Shown here: positions 1-9,279 of the stretch, piece after piece
Position numbering within the stretch: the first letter of the stretch is position 1
How the letters are laid out: each line of letters opens with the position of its first letter
Assembly: GCA_035497855.1 (NCBI GenBank)
Contig: DATKAS010000189.1
Location: forward strand, 1-39,013
Origin: Acidimicrobiales bacterium
GTDB lineage: Bacteria; Actinomycetota; Acidimicrobiia; Acidimicrobiales; DATKAS01
Direction: 5' to 3'
DNA length: 39,013 nt
The notes under the pieces: model-generated
Databases searched by the model: none
Told to the model about the DNA's origin: nothing
The model's input: the letters and a program-made list of their open reading frames with translations, nothing else
Translations under genes and position numbers: made by a program

Positions 1-1283
1 CGAGGCTCGGCGTGGCGCAGCGCCTCGGCGATCTCGGGATTGTCCGCGACGCGGAGACGGAAGGGTCGCGCCCGCCGACCGCCGCCGGCCCAGCCGTGCG
101 TCGCGCGGAGGGTGAACGTCGTCGAGGTGGAGTCCGAGGAGAACACCGCGGCGCGATCGGCCCCCGCGACGGTCGTGACCGCGACCGCGACCTGATCGGC
201 CACCTGAGGGACCTCGCGCGCGCCGGCAAGGGACCGCGACAGCTCGAGCAGCTCGACGAGGTGCTGCCGTTGCTCGCGGACTTGGTCGAGCGCGGTCGCG
301 GCGTCGAGCGCGGCGGCGGCATGGCGTGCATAGACCGCGAGCATTCGACGTTCGTCGGCGAGGAAGCCGTGCGCCTGCGGGTAGCGCGCGGCGAGACGTC
401 CGTACTGGCGACGTGACGAGACCACATCGACAACGAGCAGCTGGGGGTCGTCCTCGGGTGGCAGGCGAGCGGTGAGCTGCGGCACGAGCTGCGCGACTTC
501 GTCGTCAGTGAGCCCGACGTGGTGCACGCGCAGCGGATCGACATCGGTCGGGCGCACCGCGAGCACGAACTGGGGTGCCTTCGCGGCGACCGCCGCGCGC
601 TCCGTGATCCGTGCGAGCACTGTGTCGACGTCGTCGTCGGACACGAGGTCGGCTGCCGTCGAAAGCACCTGATCGAACGTCGCGTCGAGGTCCGCGAGCT
701 GCGCCGCGAGCACCGACGCCTTGCGTCGCCGTCCGCGCTGTGCAGGCGCCTTGCCGACCCAGCTGACCTCGTAGATGCACCGACGGTCGCCCTCGACCTG
801 GCATCCGTACTGCACGACGGTCGACCGCGGGAGGCCGAACAGTGGTCCGATCTGCGACAGGAGCCCGATGTTGTACTGGCAGTCGGCGCGGTGCGGCTCG
901 ACGGTCGGGAGCACGTGGTACGCGATCAGTGCGCGAGTGCGCTCGACTTCGAGCGCCTCCATGATCGCGACGCTCGAGAACTTGCCCGTCACACGGGGCA
1001 GGTTGCGAAGGACCATCGGAGGCGAGCCCAGGCTGCGCAACAGCGCCTTCGTCGATGCCCCGACACCGAGAGCGAGAGACGCTTCGCCGACGTGGCGCGC
1101 GACGACAGGGTCGTCGAGCACGACCGCAGCGGCTTCGAAGAGAGCGATCTTCTGTGCGTACGTGCTCCAGGTGCCCTCGTCGCTGACCACCCGTTCGGAT
1201 CGTTGCTCGCCCGCGAGCTGGAGCAGCCGCCGCACACCGCGGTCGCCCGCCCGCGCGCGGACGTACTCCACGATGAGCCGCAT
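1..1283 (-). CDS. Multi-domain sensor protein, 5' portion only (V4R-like N-terminal domain followed by GAF-like domains); the C-terminus lies beyond the window start
   Basis: Hand translation of the minus strand gives an uninterrupted frame from ATG 1283 (alternative GTG 1331, with an in-frame TAG just upstream) to position 1: MRLIVEYVRARAGDRGVRRLLQLAGEQRSE...ADCQYNIGLLSQIGPLFGLPRSTVVQYGCQVEGDRRCIYEVSW (Cys pattern typical of V4R), then ...LLELSRSLAGAREVPQVADQVAVAVTTVAGADRAAVF (typical GAF start). It is absent from the ORF track because it has no stop inside the window. The listed plus-strand ORFs here (12..416, 519..1544, 775..1410) are Arg/Ser-rich antisense shadows. Confidence 0.6.
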   Translation of the reverse strand, partial: MRLIVEYVRARAGDRGVRRLLQLAGEQRSERVVSDEGTWSTYAQKIALFEAAAVVLDDPVVARHVGEASLALGVGASTKALLRSLGSPPMVLRNLPRVTGKFSSVAIMEALEVERTRALIAYHVLPTVEPHRADCQYNIGLLSQIGPLFGLPRSTVVQYGCQVEGDRRCIYEVSWVGKAPAQRGRRRKASVLAAQLADLDATFDQVLSTAADLVSDDDVDTVLARITERAAVAAKAPQFVLAVRPTDVDPLRVHHVGLTDDEVAQLVPQLTARLPPEDDPQLLVVDVVSSRRQYGRLAARYPQAHGFLADERRMLAVYARHAAAALDAATALDQVREQRQHLVELLELSRSLAGAREVPQVADQVAVAVTTVAGADRAAVFSSDSTSTTFTLRATHGWAGGGRRARPFRLRVADNPEIAEALRHAEP

Positions 1284-1420
1284 CGTGGCGCCTGCCGTCT
1301 GGCGCTCGAGGTTGGTGGTGACGTCATTCACGGCCGCGGTGTCCCGGTCGGTGAAGGGGGCGTGCCGAGGCTACCCAGCCGCTGGCGCGGCGCTGCCCGC
1401 GATCCAGTAGAAAGCGGCGC

Positions 1421-2266
1421 GTGGACCTCGGGATCACCATGTTTCCCACTGACTATTCGATCGGCCCCGCGCGGCTGGCGGCTGAAGTCGAAAACCGCGG
1501 TTTCCGATCGCTCTGGTTTCCGGAGCACACCCACATCCCCGTAGGCCGAAAGACCCCCTACCCGGCAGGTGGCGAGCTGCCACAGGAGTACAGCCACACG
1601 CTCGATCCGTTCGTGGCATTGGGCGTCGCCGCCGCGGTCACCGAGCGGCTGCTGCTCGGCACCGGCGTGTGCCTCGTCGCGCAGCACGACCCGATCGTGC
1701 TCGCGAAGGAGGTGGCGACGCTCGATCTCGTGTCGGGCGGTCGTTTCATGTTCGGCATCGGCGTCGGCTGGAACGAGGACGAGATGGAGGACCACGGTGT
1801 CGACCCGGCGCGCCGCCGGGCCGTGGTGCGCGAGAAGGTGCTCGCGATGAAGGCGCTGTGGACGCAGGACGAAGCCTCGTTCGACGGCGAGTTCGTTCGC
1901 TTCCCGCCGAGCTGGTCGTGGCCGAAGCCAGTGCAGCAGCCGCATCCCCCGGTCCTCATGGGCGGTGCGGGCGGGCCCGTCACGTTCCGTCACGTCATCG
2001 AGTACTGCGACGGATGGATGCCGATCTCAGGCCGCGCGGACGTCGCTCGTCGCTCGGCCGAGCTGCGCGAGGAAGCCGCGGCTGCCGGTCGCGATCCCGC
2101 GAGCCTGCGACTCCACGTGTTCGGAGGACGGCCCGACGCCGAGGTGCTCGACCACTACCAAGAGGCAGGAGCCGACGGCGTGATCCTCTGGCTCCCACCG
2201 GCGAGCGAAGACAAGGTGCTCGCGATGCTCGATCGATACGACGCGCTGGTGGCTCGCTACCGCTGA
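1421..2266 (+). CDS. LLM-class (luciferase-like) F420-dependent oxidoreductase
   Basis: 281 aa. [14 protein letters not shown]...[12 protein letters not shown]...[21 protein letters not shown]...[11 protein letters not shown] is the characteristic profile of actinobacterial luciferase-like F420 oxidoreductases. Confidence 0.8.
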   Translation: MDLGITMFPTDYSIGPARLAAEVENRGFRSLWFPEHTHIPVGRKTPYPAGGELPQEYSHTLDPFVALGVAAAVTERLLLGTGVCLVAQHDPIVLAKEVATLDLVSGGRFMFGIGVGWNEDEMEDHGVDPARRRAVVREKVLAMKALWTQDEASFDGEFVRFPPSWSWPKPVQQPHPPVLMGGAGGPVTFRHVIEYCDGWMPISGRADVARRSAELREEAAAAGRDPASLRLHVFGGRPDAEVLDHYQEAGADGVILWLPPASEDKVLAMLDRYDALVARYR

Positions 2267-3588
2267 GCCCACTCGCGGTCGGGTTGGGCGTCGAGCAGCC
2301 GTGTGATCACCGCGGCGATCGGGCTGCGCTCGGATCTCGTCAGCGTCACGTGACCGAAGATCGGGTGCCCTCGCAGCGCGTCGATCACCGAGACCACGCC
2401 GTCGTAGCGGCCCACGCGGAGGTTGTCGCGCTGCGCGACGTCGTGTGTCAGCACGACTCGGCTGCCCTCACCGAGCCGGCTCAAGGCGGTGAGGAGCACG
2501 CCTCGTTCGAGGTTCTGGGCCTCGTCGATCACGACGAAGCTGTCCGTGAGGCTGCGGCCGCGGATGTGCGTCAGCGGAAGGACTTCGAGGAGGTTGCGCG
2601 CGAAGACCTCCTCGATGACCTCTGGCCCGACGATCGATTCGAGCGCGTCGCCCACCGCCGCGGCCCACGGCGCCATCTTCTCCGTCTCGGATCCGGGCAG
2701 GAACCCGAGCTCCTGACCGCCGACCGCGAACAACGGGCGGAACACGAGCACGCGCTTGTGGCTGCGCTGCTCGAGCACCGCGTCGAGGCCGGCCGCGAGT
2801 GCGAGCACGCTCTTCCCGGTGCCTGCGTTGCCCCCGAGGCTGACGATGCCGATGCTCGCATCGGCGAGGAGGTCGATCGCGACGCGCTGCTCGGCGCTCC
2901 GGCCTCGCACATCGAACAGCGACCGATCGCCGCGGATGAGGTGCACGCGCTTGTCCTCGTGCACGCGCCCGAGCGCGGACTGCGATCCCGAGGTGAGGGC
3001 GACGCCGGTGTTGCACGGAAGATCGCGCGTGACACCGAGGTCGACGACGCGCTCCGAGAAGAGGGAGTCGATGCTCTCGCTGTCGACGTCGAGCTCGACG
3101 AAGCCCGTCCACGTCGCGTCGCCCGCGAGCTCGTTGCGGTACTCCTCGGCGTCGAGGCCGACGATGCTCGCCTTGAGCCTGAGCGGGAGGTCCTTCGTGA
3201 CCACGACCACTCGCTGCGCCTCGTTCGCGAGGTTCTTGGCCACAGCGAGGATGCGGTGGTCGTTGTTGTCGCCGATCAGCGCGGCCGGCAGGCCGGTCGC
3301 GTCCATGTGGTTGATCTCGACGCGCAACGTGCCGCCGAGCGGCGTGATCGGCATCGGCCGCACGAGCGAGCCGAACTGCGCGCGGAGGTCCTCGAGGAGG
3401 CGAAGGCTTCGACGAGCCGCCCACCCGAGCTCGGGGTGCTCGCGCTTGGACTCGAGCTCCGCGATGACGACGAGTGGCAGCACGACCTCGTGCTCGTCGA
3501 ACCGGAAGACGGAGCCCGGGTCCGCGAGGAGCACGGACGTGTCGAGGACGTAGGTGCTGTGTTCGATCACAGAGGCCGGGTCGCTCAC
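2257..3588 (-). CDS. phoH2: PhoH2-type PIN-PhoH fusion protein (PIN RNase domain plus PhoH ATPase/helicase domain)
   Basis: PIN-like N-terminus [13 protein letters not shown]...[12 protein letters not shown]; Walker [16 protein letters not shown]; Walker [10 protein letters not shown]. The tracked ORF extends to 3807, but its first 73 aa are Arg/Pro-rich junk that overlaps the neighbouring gene. GTG at 3586-3588 gives [16 protein letters not shown]... (443 aa). Confidence 0.8.
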   Translation of the reverse strand: MSDPASVIEHSTYVLDTSVLLADPGSVFRFDEHEVVLPLVVIAELESKREHPELGWAARRSLRLLEDLRAQFGSLVRPMPITPLGGTLRVEINHMDATGLPAALIGDNNDHRILAVAKNLANEAQRVVVVTKDLPLRLKASIVGLDAEEYRNELAGDATWTGFVELDVDSESIDSLFSERVVDLGVTRDLPCNTGVALTSGSQSALGRVHEDKRVHLIRGDRSLFDVRGRSAEQRVAIDLLADASIGIVSLGGNAGTGKSVLALAAGLDAVLEQRSHKRVLVFRPLFAVGGQELGFLPGSETEKMAPWAAAVGDALESIVGPEVIEEVFARNLLEVLPLTHIRGRSLTDSFVVIDEAQNLERGVLLTALSRLGEGSRVVLTHDVAQRDNLRVGRYDGVVSVIDALRGHPIFGHVTLTRSERSPIAAVITRLLDAQPDREWAQR

Positions 3589-3686
3589 AGGGTCTGATGC
3601 TGGCGTCGAGGGGTCGTGCCCGCATTGAACCCGAGTCCCTCGCGCGAATGGGGGATGGGCGTGGACCTGCCGTTCCGGCCAGCGGG

Positions 3687-4451
3687 TCAGAGGCGACCGG
3701 CTTCGATGATCCTTCGGAGGAAGCTCTGCAGCCGAGGTGTGCGCGGCTCGCTGAAGATCTGCTCGGGCGGGCCTTCCTCCCCGACGACACCGTCTGCGAG
3801 GAAGCACACGCGGCTCGCGACCTCACGCGCGAACCCCATCTCGTGGGTGGCCAAGACCATCGTGAGCCCGTCGTCTTTGAGGTCGCGCACGATGTTCAGT
3901 ACCTCGGCGACGAGCTCCGGGTCGAGCGCGCTCGTGATCTCGTCGAGCAGCAGCACCCGAGGCTGCATCGCGAGCGCGCGGACGATCGCGACTCGCTGCT
4001 GCTGCCCTCCGGAGAGCCGGTCGGGGTACTCGTTCGCCTTGTCGGACAGGCCGATGCGTTCGAGGAGCGCCATTGCGCTCGCCCCCGCGTACTCCTTGTT
4101 CTGCCCGAGCACTCGCGTCGGGGCGAGCGTGATGTTGCGCAGCACCGTCATGTGCGGGAACAGGTTGAAGCTTTGGAAGACGATGCCGACTTGGCGGCGC
4201 ACATCGTCGACGTCGACGCCGACGTCGGTGACGCAATCGCCGTTGATCGTGATCGTGCCGGCGTCGACCTTCTCGAGCAGGTTGACGCACCGCAGCAGCG
4301 TGGACTTCCCGGAGCCCGACGCGCCGATGAGGCACACCACTTCGTGCTCGTTGACGTTCATGTCGATGCCGCGGAGCACCCAGTTGTCGCCGAACCGCTT
4401 CTCGACGCCTTCGATCTCGAGGTAGGCGCTCACCCGTGCGGTCTCAACCAT
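3687..4451 (-). CDS. Polar amino acid ABC transporter, ATP-binding protein (GlnQ/HisP-like)
   Basis: Walker [10 protein letters not shown], signature [11 protein letters not shown], Walker [12 protein letters not shown]. The start overlaps the permease stop by 8 nt (alternative GTG at 4433). Confidence 0.9.
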   Translation of the reverse strand: MVETARVSAYLEIEGVEKRFGDNWVLRGIDMNVNEHEVVCLIGASGSGKSTLLRCVNLLEKVDAGTITINGDCVTDVGVDVDDVRRQVGIVFQSFNLFPHMTVLRNITLAPTRVLGQNKEYAGASAMALLERIGLSDKANEYPDRLSGGQQQRVAIVRALAMQPRVLLLDEITSALDPELVAEVLNIVRDLKDDGLTMVLATHEMGFAREVASRVCFLADGVVGEEGPPEQIFSEPRTPRLQSFLRRIIEAGRL

Positions 4452-5445
4452 TCGCGCGCATCTTCTTCTGGTCGCGCTTCACGAGGTGATCGACGACGAT
4501 CGCGAGTGGGACCGTGATCACGATGTACGCGATCGCCACGCCGGTGACAGCGGAGAGGTTGAAGCGGTTCGCTGCGACGATGCGGGCACGATTGAACGCG
4601 TCGAGCACCCCCACGAAACCGACGAGCGCGGTGTCCTTCTGCAACGAGATGAAGTCGTTGAGCAGCGGAGGGATGATCCGCCGCACCGCCTGCGGCACCA
4701 CGACGAAGCGCATCGTCTCGGAGTACGACAGGCCGAGGGATCGGGAGCTCGCGCTCTGGCTCCAGTGCACGCTCTCGATGCCCGACCGGTACACCTCCGC
4801 CACGTATGCGCCGTAGACGAGCGTCAACGCGAGGACGGCGAGCCAGAACACGGGCGCGTTCTCGACGATCGGAAGCCCGGTGAGCGGCAGGCCGAACACG
4901 ATCATGTAGATCACGATGACGGCCGGCAACGCGCGAAACAGGTCGATGTAGGCGATGACGAGGAAGCGGATCGGGGCAGCCGCTTTGCCAGGGAGCCCTC
5001 GCATGATCGCGACGAACAGGGACCAGATCAGCACGAGGACCTCGGCGACCATGAACAGCTTGACGTTCAGCCAGAAGCCCTTGCGGATGCCAGGGAAGCT
5101 GTCGGAGATCACACCCCAGTTGAGGAAGACGCGCTGAACGGCCTTGTCATTCAGAAAGATGGTCATGACCGCGAAGAGGCAGAACCACACGGTCAGGCCG
5201 ATGCCGATCGTCATCCAGAACCACTGGCGTGCCGCGTCGCCGTGGATCCGAGCTTGCCTTGTGTTCTCCTCGCGGACATAGCGCCGTGCCTTCACCGCGC
5301 TGACGATCGCCGGGATCGCGGTCGGGAAGAAGAAGATCAACGAGACGATGCTCGGCGCCAGGTAGGTGCGGACGTGGGGCGCCGCACGCGGAGGTGTTGT
5401 CGTCGTCGAGGTCTCGGTGATGCCAGTCGTGGGAACGCTGGTCAT
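4444..5445 (-). CDS. Amino acid ABC transporter permease (HisM/GlnP type) with an extra ~95-aa N-terminal two-helix CD225/dispanin-like region
   Basis: The C-terminal ~220 aa are a typical family-3 permease (EAA-like loop SRSLGLSYSETMRFVVVPQAVRRIIPPLLN). The N-terminus TYLAPSIVSLIFFFPTAIPAIVSAVKARRYVREENTRQARIHGDAARQWFWMTIGIGL resembles CD225-family membrane proteins. Confidence 0.8.
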   Translation of the reverse strand: MTSVPTTGITETSTTTTPPRAAPHVRTYLAPSIVSLIFFFPTAIPAIVSAVKARRYVREENTRQARIHGDAARQWFWMTIGIGLTVWFCLFAVMTIFLNDKAVQRVFLNWGVISDSFPGIRKGFWLNVKLFMVAEVLVLIWSLFVAIMRGLPGKAAAPIRFLVIAYIDLFRALPAVIVIYMIVFGLPLTGLPIVENAPVFWLAVLALTLVYGAYVAEVYRSGIESVHWSQSASSRSLGLSYSETMRFVVVPQAVRRIIPPLLNDFISLQKDTALVGFVGVLDAFNRARIVAANRFNLSAVTGVAIAYIVITVPLAIVVDHLVKRDQKKMRANG

Positions 5446-5472
5446 CGCGCTCCTCCGCCCGTCAGCTGCCGG

Positions 5473-6351
5473 CTACGGGGTGATGTAGGGGATCGAGTTG
5501 GGGTCGCCGTGGAACTGCGGCACCAGATACTCGCCTGACAGAGCCTTGAGCGTCCCATCGTCCGCGAAGCCCTGGATGATCTTGTTGATCGCGTCCTCGT
5601 TCGGCGAGCCCTTCTGGTAGATCCCGCCGTACTCCTCACCGGTCTTGAACTGCGCCACGACCACCTGTGCGCCGTTGCTCTGCGCGGCCTGGCCGAGCAC
5701 GATCGACGTGTCGAGCATGACCGCGTCGATCTGCTTCGCGGTGAGCGCGGCGAACATCGACGGAGTGTCCTGGTACACCGACGGCTCGCTGTCGGGCTTC
5801 ACCACATCCGTGAGGTACTGCTGGCCGGTGGTGCTCGCCTGCACGCCCCACTTCGCCTTCTTCGCCTCGTCGATGTTCGAGATCGTGGTGCCCTTGTTCA
5901 CGAGCACGCCCTGATCTGAGCTGAAGTACGGCACGCTGAAGTCGACGACCTTCTTGCGCTCGTCGGTGATCGTCACCTGCGAGAGGGCGATGTCGAAGTC
6001 GCTCGTCTGGCCGGCGACCAGCGCGTCGAAGGACACCTGCACGACCTTGACCTTGTCGAGCCCGAGCGCCGTCGCGATGTCGGCCGCCATGCAGTACTCG
6101 TAGCCGCTCTTGACGCTGTCCGGGTCGTCGCCGTTCCAGAAGCCGGGCGCGGGCAGGTTCGTGGCCACGGTCAGCTCGCCGTCGTGGGCGAGCTTGACGT
6201 CACCGAGGGTGCCCTTCGTGGCAGTGACGGTGCAGTCGCCGAAGCTCCCGCCGCCGCCGGTGCCACTCGCGCTGCCACCGCTGTCGTCGCCGCATGCGAC
6301 CGCGGTGAACACGAGTCCGAAGGCCAGCAGGCCTGTTGCGATCTTGCGCAC
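5473..6351 (-). CDS. Amino acid ABC transporter substrate-binding lipoprotein (SBP family 3)
   Basis: Lipoprotein signal MRKIATGLLAFGLVFTAVAC-GDD. SBP3-like body (DFDIALSQVTITDERKKVVDFSVPYF). GTG start at 6349-6351 is preceded by GGAGGAGG. Confidence 0.85.
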   Translation of the reverse strand: MRKIATGLLAFGLVFTAVACGDDSGGSASGTGGGGSFGDCTVTATKGTLGDVKLAHDGELTVATNLPAPGFWNGDDPDSVKSGYEYCMAADIATALGLDKVKVVQVSFDALVAGQTSDFDIALSQVTITDERKKVVDFSVPYFSSDQGVLVNKGTTISNIDEAKKAKWGVQASTTGQQYLTDVVKPDSEPSVYQDTPSMFAALTAKQIDAVMLDTSIVLGQAAQSNGAQVVVAQFKTGEEYGGIYQKGSPNEDAINKIIQGFADDGTLKALSGEYLVPQFHGDPNSIPYITP

Positions 6352-6403
6352 GTGAGCCCTCCTCCGCGCAGATGAACGCCGGGGAGCCTAGACGTGAACT
6401 GTG

Positions 6404-7063
6404 TCAGGACTGTTCCAACAGGACGATGTGCAGCGCGGTGGGGCCGTGCACCCCGAGGGTGAGGATCTGCTCGATGTCACCAGAGCGACTCGGCCCGCTG
6501 ATGAGCACGAGGTTGCTCGGCAGCCGTCCGGGCGCACCGAGCGTGCGGAGCACCGCAGTCGTCGACGGCACGAGCCGCGATGCCGGCAGCACGCACAGGT
6601 GCACGGGCGGGAGCAGGCTCGCCGTGCGGCCGCCCGCCACGGCGGACTCCTGCACGATCGAGCCGGTGGTGGCGAGCCCGAAGGTCGCGCTCGTGACGCC
6701 GAGGTCGGCGCGGGCTGCCGCCTCGATCGACAGCGGCTCGACCTCCACGGCCAGCGCGCGCAGCTCCTCGGCGACCGCTGCCGCCTCGGGCTCGGCCGAG
6801 ATCACCGCTCGCCGCACGTCGTAGCGCTCGCACAGCTCGGCGACGAGATCGGGCGGCACAGCGGTGCCGTGCACGCGGTGGACCTCGGCGGCAGCTGCCT
6901 TCGCGTTGCGCTCGAACGAGCCCGGCAGGTCATGCGAGTCGAGCAGGCGCGACCGGGCCTCGGGAACGTTCGCGGGGAGCGGCGGCATCGGATGCGCGGG
7001 GTTGTCGGGCACGGGTGTGGCGAGCCGGCGCCGGACACGCGCGAGGAAGACGCGCTGGTCCAT
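6404..7063 (-). CDS. lutC: Lactate utilization protein C (LUD domain, LutC/YkgG)
   Basis: Last gene of a lutA-lutB-lutC arrangement. The ATG at 7061-7063 forms an ATGA overlap with the lutB stop. The longer tracked ORF (to 7138) would overlap lutB by 75 nt. Confidence 0.7.
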   Translation of the reverse strand: MDQRVFLARVRRRLATPVPDNPAHPMPPLPANVPEARSRLLDSHDLPGSFERNAKAAAAEVHRVHGTAVPPDLVAELCERYDVRRAVISAEPEAAAVAEELRALAVEVEPLSIEAAARADLGVTSATFGLATTGSIVQESAVAGGRTASLLPPVHLCVLPASRLVPSTTAVLRTLGAPGRLPSNLVLISGPSRSGDIEQILTLGVHGPTALHIVLLEQS

Positions 7064-8493
7064 CAGATCTCTCCCGCTCGCCAGCGCTCGTGGAAGGTGC
7101 GCTTCGCGGGCATCGGAGCCTCGCGTCCCGCCGTCCACCTCGACAGGCCCGGCGCGCGTTCAGCGAACCGGCCGAGCCCTCGACCGGTGCTCGCGACCTT
7201 CATCGACGCGCGAAAAGCCTTCGGGTTCGACCATGCCGTTGCCCAGGCCTTCCACGCGGCGCGCTCGGACCGCGACGCGTCGGCCGCACGCCGTCGGCGC
7301 AACGCGAGCAAGAGGTCCTGCAGCGGGATGCTGACCGGGCACGCGTCCATGCACGCGCCGCACAGCGTCGACGCGTTCGACAGCTCCGCCGCCTCGGGAT
7401 GCTCGCCCGCGAGCAGTGGCGTGAGCACCGCGCCGACCGGGCCGCTGTACACCCAGCCGTACGCGTGCCCGCCGATCTGGCGGTAGACGGGGCAGACGTT
7501 GAGGCAGGCGCCGCACCGGATGCACGACAAGATCTCCTGCAGCTCGGTGCCGATGATGTCGCTGCGCCCGTTGTCGAGGATGACGACGTGCATCTCGTCG
7601 GGCCCGTCCGCCTCGCCTTCGCGCCGAGGCCCCGTGATGATGTTCGTGTAGCTCGACAGGTGCTGCCCCGAAGCGGAGCGCGCGAGCAGGTTGATGAAGA
7701 GGTCGAGCTGGTCCCAGTCGGCGAGCAACCGCTCCATCCCCATCACGGCGATGTGCACGCGGGGCACGGAGGTGCAGAGGCGTCCGTTTCCCTCGTTCGT
7801 CACGAGCACGACGGAGCCCGTCTCGGCGACGCCGAAGTTGCAACCCGAGATGCCGAGGTCGGCGCGGAGGAACTCGGCGCGCAGCTGCTCGCGTGCGAAC
7901 GCGGCCAGGGGACCGGGTGCCGCCTCGAGCACGCGGTCGTCGGTGACCTCGGCTTGGAGGAACTCGGCGACTTGGTAACGGTCGAGGTGCACCGCGGGGG
8001 CGATGATGTGGCTGGGTTTGTGATGTGCGAGCTGGATGATCCACTCGCCCAGGTCTGTCTCGACGACGTGGCACCCGATCGCCTCGAGTGCCTCGTTCAG
8101 CTCGGTCTCCTCCGTCGCCATGGACTTCGACTTCACGACCGTGCGAGCACCGATCCGCTGCGCGACGGATGTGATGTACGCGTTCGCCTCGCTGCCGTCG
8201 CCGGCCCAGAACACCTGACCTCCGCGCGCGACCACGTTTGCCGCGAACTGCTCCAGCAGCTCGGGGAGGTGTGCGATCACGTCGGCCTTGATCGCGCGCG
8301 CGGCAAGCCGGAGCGCGTCGGGATCCTCCAGCGAGTCCAGCGCGGCGCGGCGGTGGTCACCGAACCGTCCGGTCGCGCGAGCGAGAGCAGTGCGCAGCCG
8401 AACGTTCTGCGTCGCTTCCGCCGTGCGCTCGCGCAGGGTCGTGCCCACCAACCGGTGGCCCGTCGCGAGATCGTTCGACACCGCTTCGGTCAC
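7063..8493 (-). CDS. lutB: Lactate utilization iron-sulfur protein LutB/YkgF
   Basis: Two 4Fe-4S ferredoxin motifs (CIRCGACLNVCPVY and CGACMDACPV) plus an LUD-type domain. The GTG at 8491-8493 forms a GTGA overlap with the lutA stop. The upstream 116 aa of the tracked ORF are Arg/Pro junk. Confidence 0.8.
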   Translation of the reverse strand: MTEAVSNDLATGHRLVGTTLRERTAEATQNVRLRTALARATGRFGDHRRAALDSLEDPDALRLAARAIKADVIAHLPELLEQFAANVVARGGQVFWAGDGSEANAYITSVAQRIGARTVVKSKSMATEETELNEALEAIGCHVVETDLGEWIIQLAHHKPSHIIAPAVHLDRYQVAEFLQAEVTDDRVLEAAPGPLAAFAREQLRAEFLRADLGISGCNFGVAETGSVVLVTNEGNGRLCTSVPRVHIAVMGMERLLADWDQLDLFINLLARSASGQHLSSYTNIITGPRREGEADGPDEMHVVILDNGRSDIIGTELQEILSCIRCGACLNVCPVYRQIGGHAYGWVYSGPVGAVLTPLLAGEHPEAAELSNASTLCGACMDACPVSIPLQDLLLALRRRRAADASRSERAAWKAWATAWSNPKAFRASMKVASTGRGLGRFAERAPGLSRWTAGREAPMPAKRTFHERWRAGEI

Positions 8494-9233
8494 GGTGCTC
8501 GACCTTCGAGGCCGGCGGCGAGCACCTGCGCAACATGACGGGTCTGGATCGGCTTTCCCTCGTGGGCTGCGCGTCCGCGCAGGTGCATGAGGCAGGAGCT
8601 GTCCGCGCTCACGAGCACGTCCGGGTGCTGCTCCTCCAGTGACGTCAGCTTGTCGTCGGCCATGGTCACGGACACCTCGGGGAGCTTCATGCTGAACAGG
8701 CCGCCGAAGCCGCAGCATCGCTCGGACGCGGTCCAGTCGACACGGTTGCAGCCCTCGACGCGGTCGAGGAGCGCCAGCGGCTGATCGTGGCCGTGCAGCT
8801 CGCGGAGCAGATGGCACGAGTGGTGGTACGCCACCGTGCACCCCTCGGGCAGACGCATCGGCGGCAGATCTCGCTCACTGAGCAGCTCGGTGAGCTCCCT
8901 GGTCCGCGCGCCGAGCGCTCGCGCCCGCTCTGCGGCGTCGTGGTCGCCCGTGACTTCGAAGAGCTCGGGCCAGAAGACGCGGATCATCGTCGCGCACGAT
9001 CCTGCGGGAACCACGACGGTGTCGTCGGTCGCCTCGAGTGCCTCGAGTGTCGTGCGCGCCACCTTCGCCGCTTCGTCCGCGAAGCCCGCGTTCCACGCCG
9101 GCTGCCCGCAGCACGTCTGACCTTCGGGGCATTGCACGTCGCAGCCGGCCGCGCGGAGCACCTTCACGACGTCGGCACCGGTGTCGGGCTCGAACAGGTC
9201 GATGAGGCAGGTGACCAGCAGCGACACGCGCAC
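8490..9233 (-). CDS. lutA: (Fe-S)-binding CCG-domain protein LutA/YkgE
   Basis: MRVSLLVTCLIDLFEPD... with two cysteine-rich CCG motifs (CCGQPAWNAGF and CCGFGGLFS). GTG start. Confidence 0.85.
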   Translation of the reverse strand: MRVSLLVTCLIDLFEPDTGADVVKVLRAAGCDVQCPEGQTCCGQPAWNAGFADEAAKVARTTLEALEATDDTVVVPAGSCATMIRVFWPELFEVTGDHDAAERARALGARTRELTELLSERDLPPMRLPEGCTVAYHHSCHLLRELHGHDQPLALLDRVEGCNRVDWTASERCCGFGGLFSMKLPEVSVTMADDKLTSLEEQHPDVLVSADSSCLMHLRGRAAHEGKPIQTRHVAQVLAAGLEGRAP

Positions 9234-9279
9234 GGACGTCGAGGGTAGCCCTGTAGGCCGGCTCGGCCGGCGGGCTGGG

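Noticed and set aside
1669-3597. 642-aa plus-strand ORF, one of the longest in the track
   Set aside because: It is antisense to the well-supported PhoH2 gene. Its composition is dominated by Arg/Ala/Gly/Asp with no motifs, which is a typical high-GC shadow ORF.
3589-3807. In-frame 73-aa N-terminal extension of PhoH2, or a small upstream antitoxin ORF
   Set aside because: The sequence is Arg/Pro-rich and overlaps the 3' end of the ABC ATPase gene, and no SD or start context supports it. A GTG at 3588 gives the canonical PIN N-terminus.
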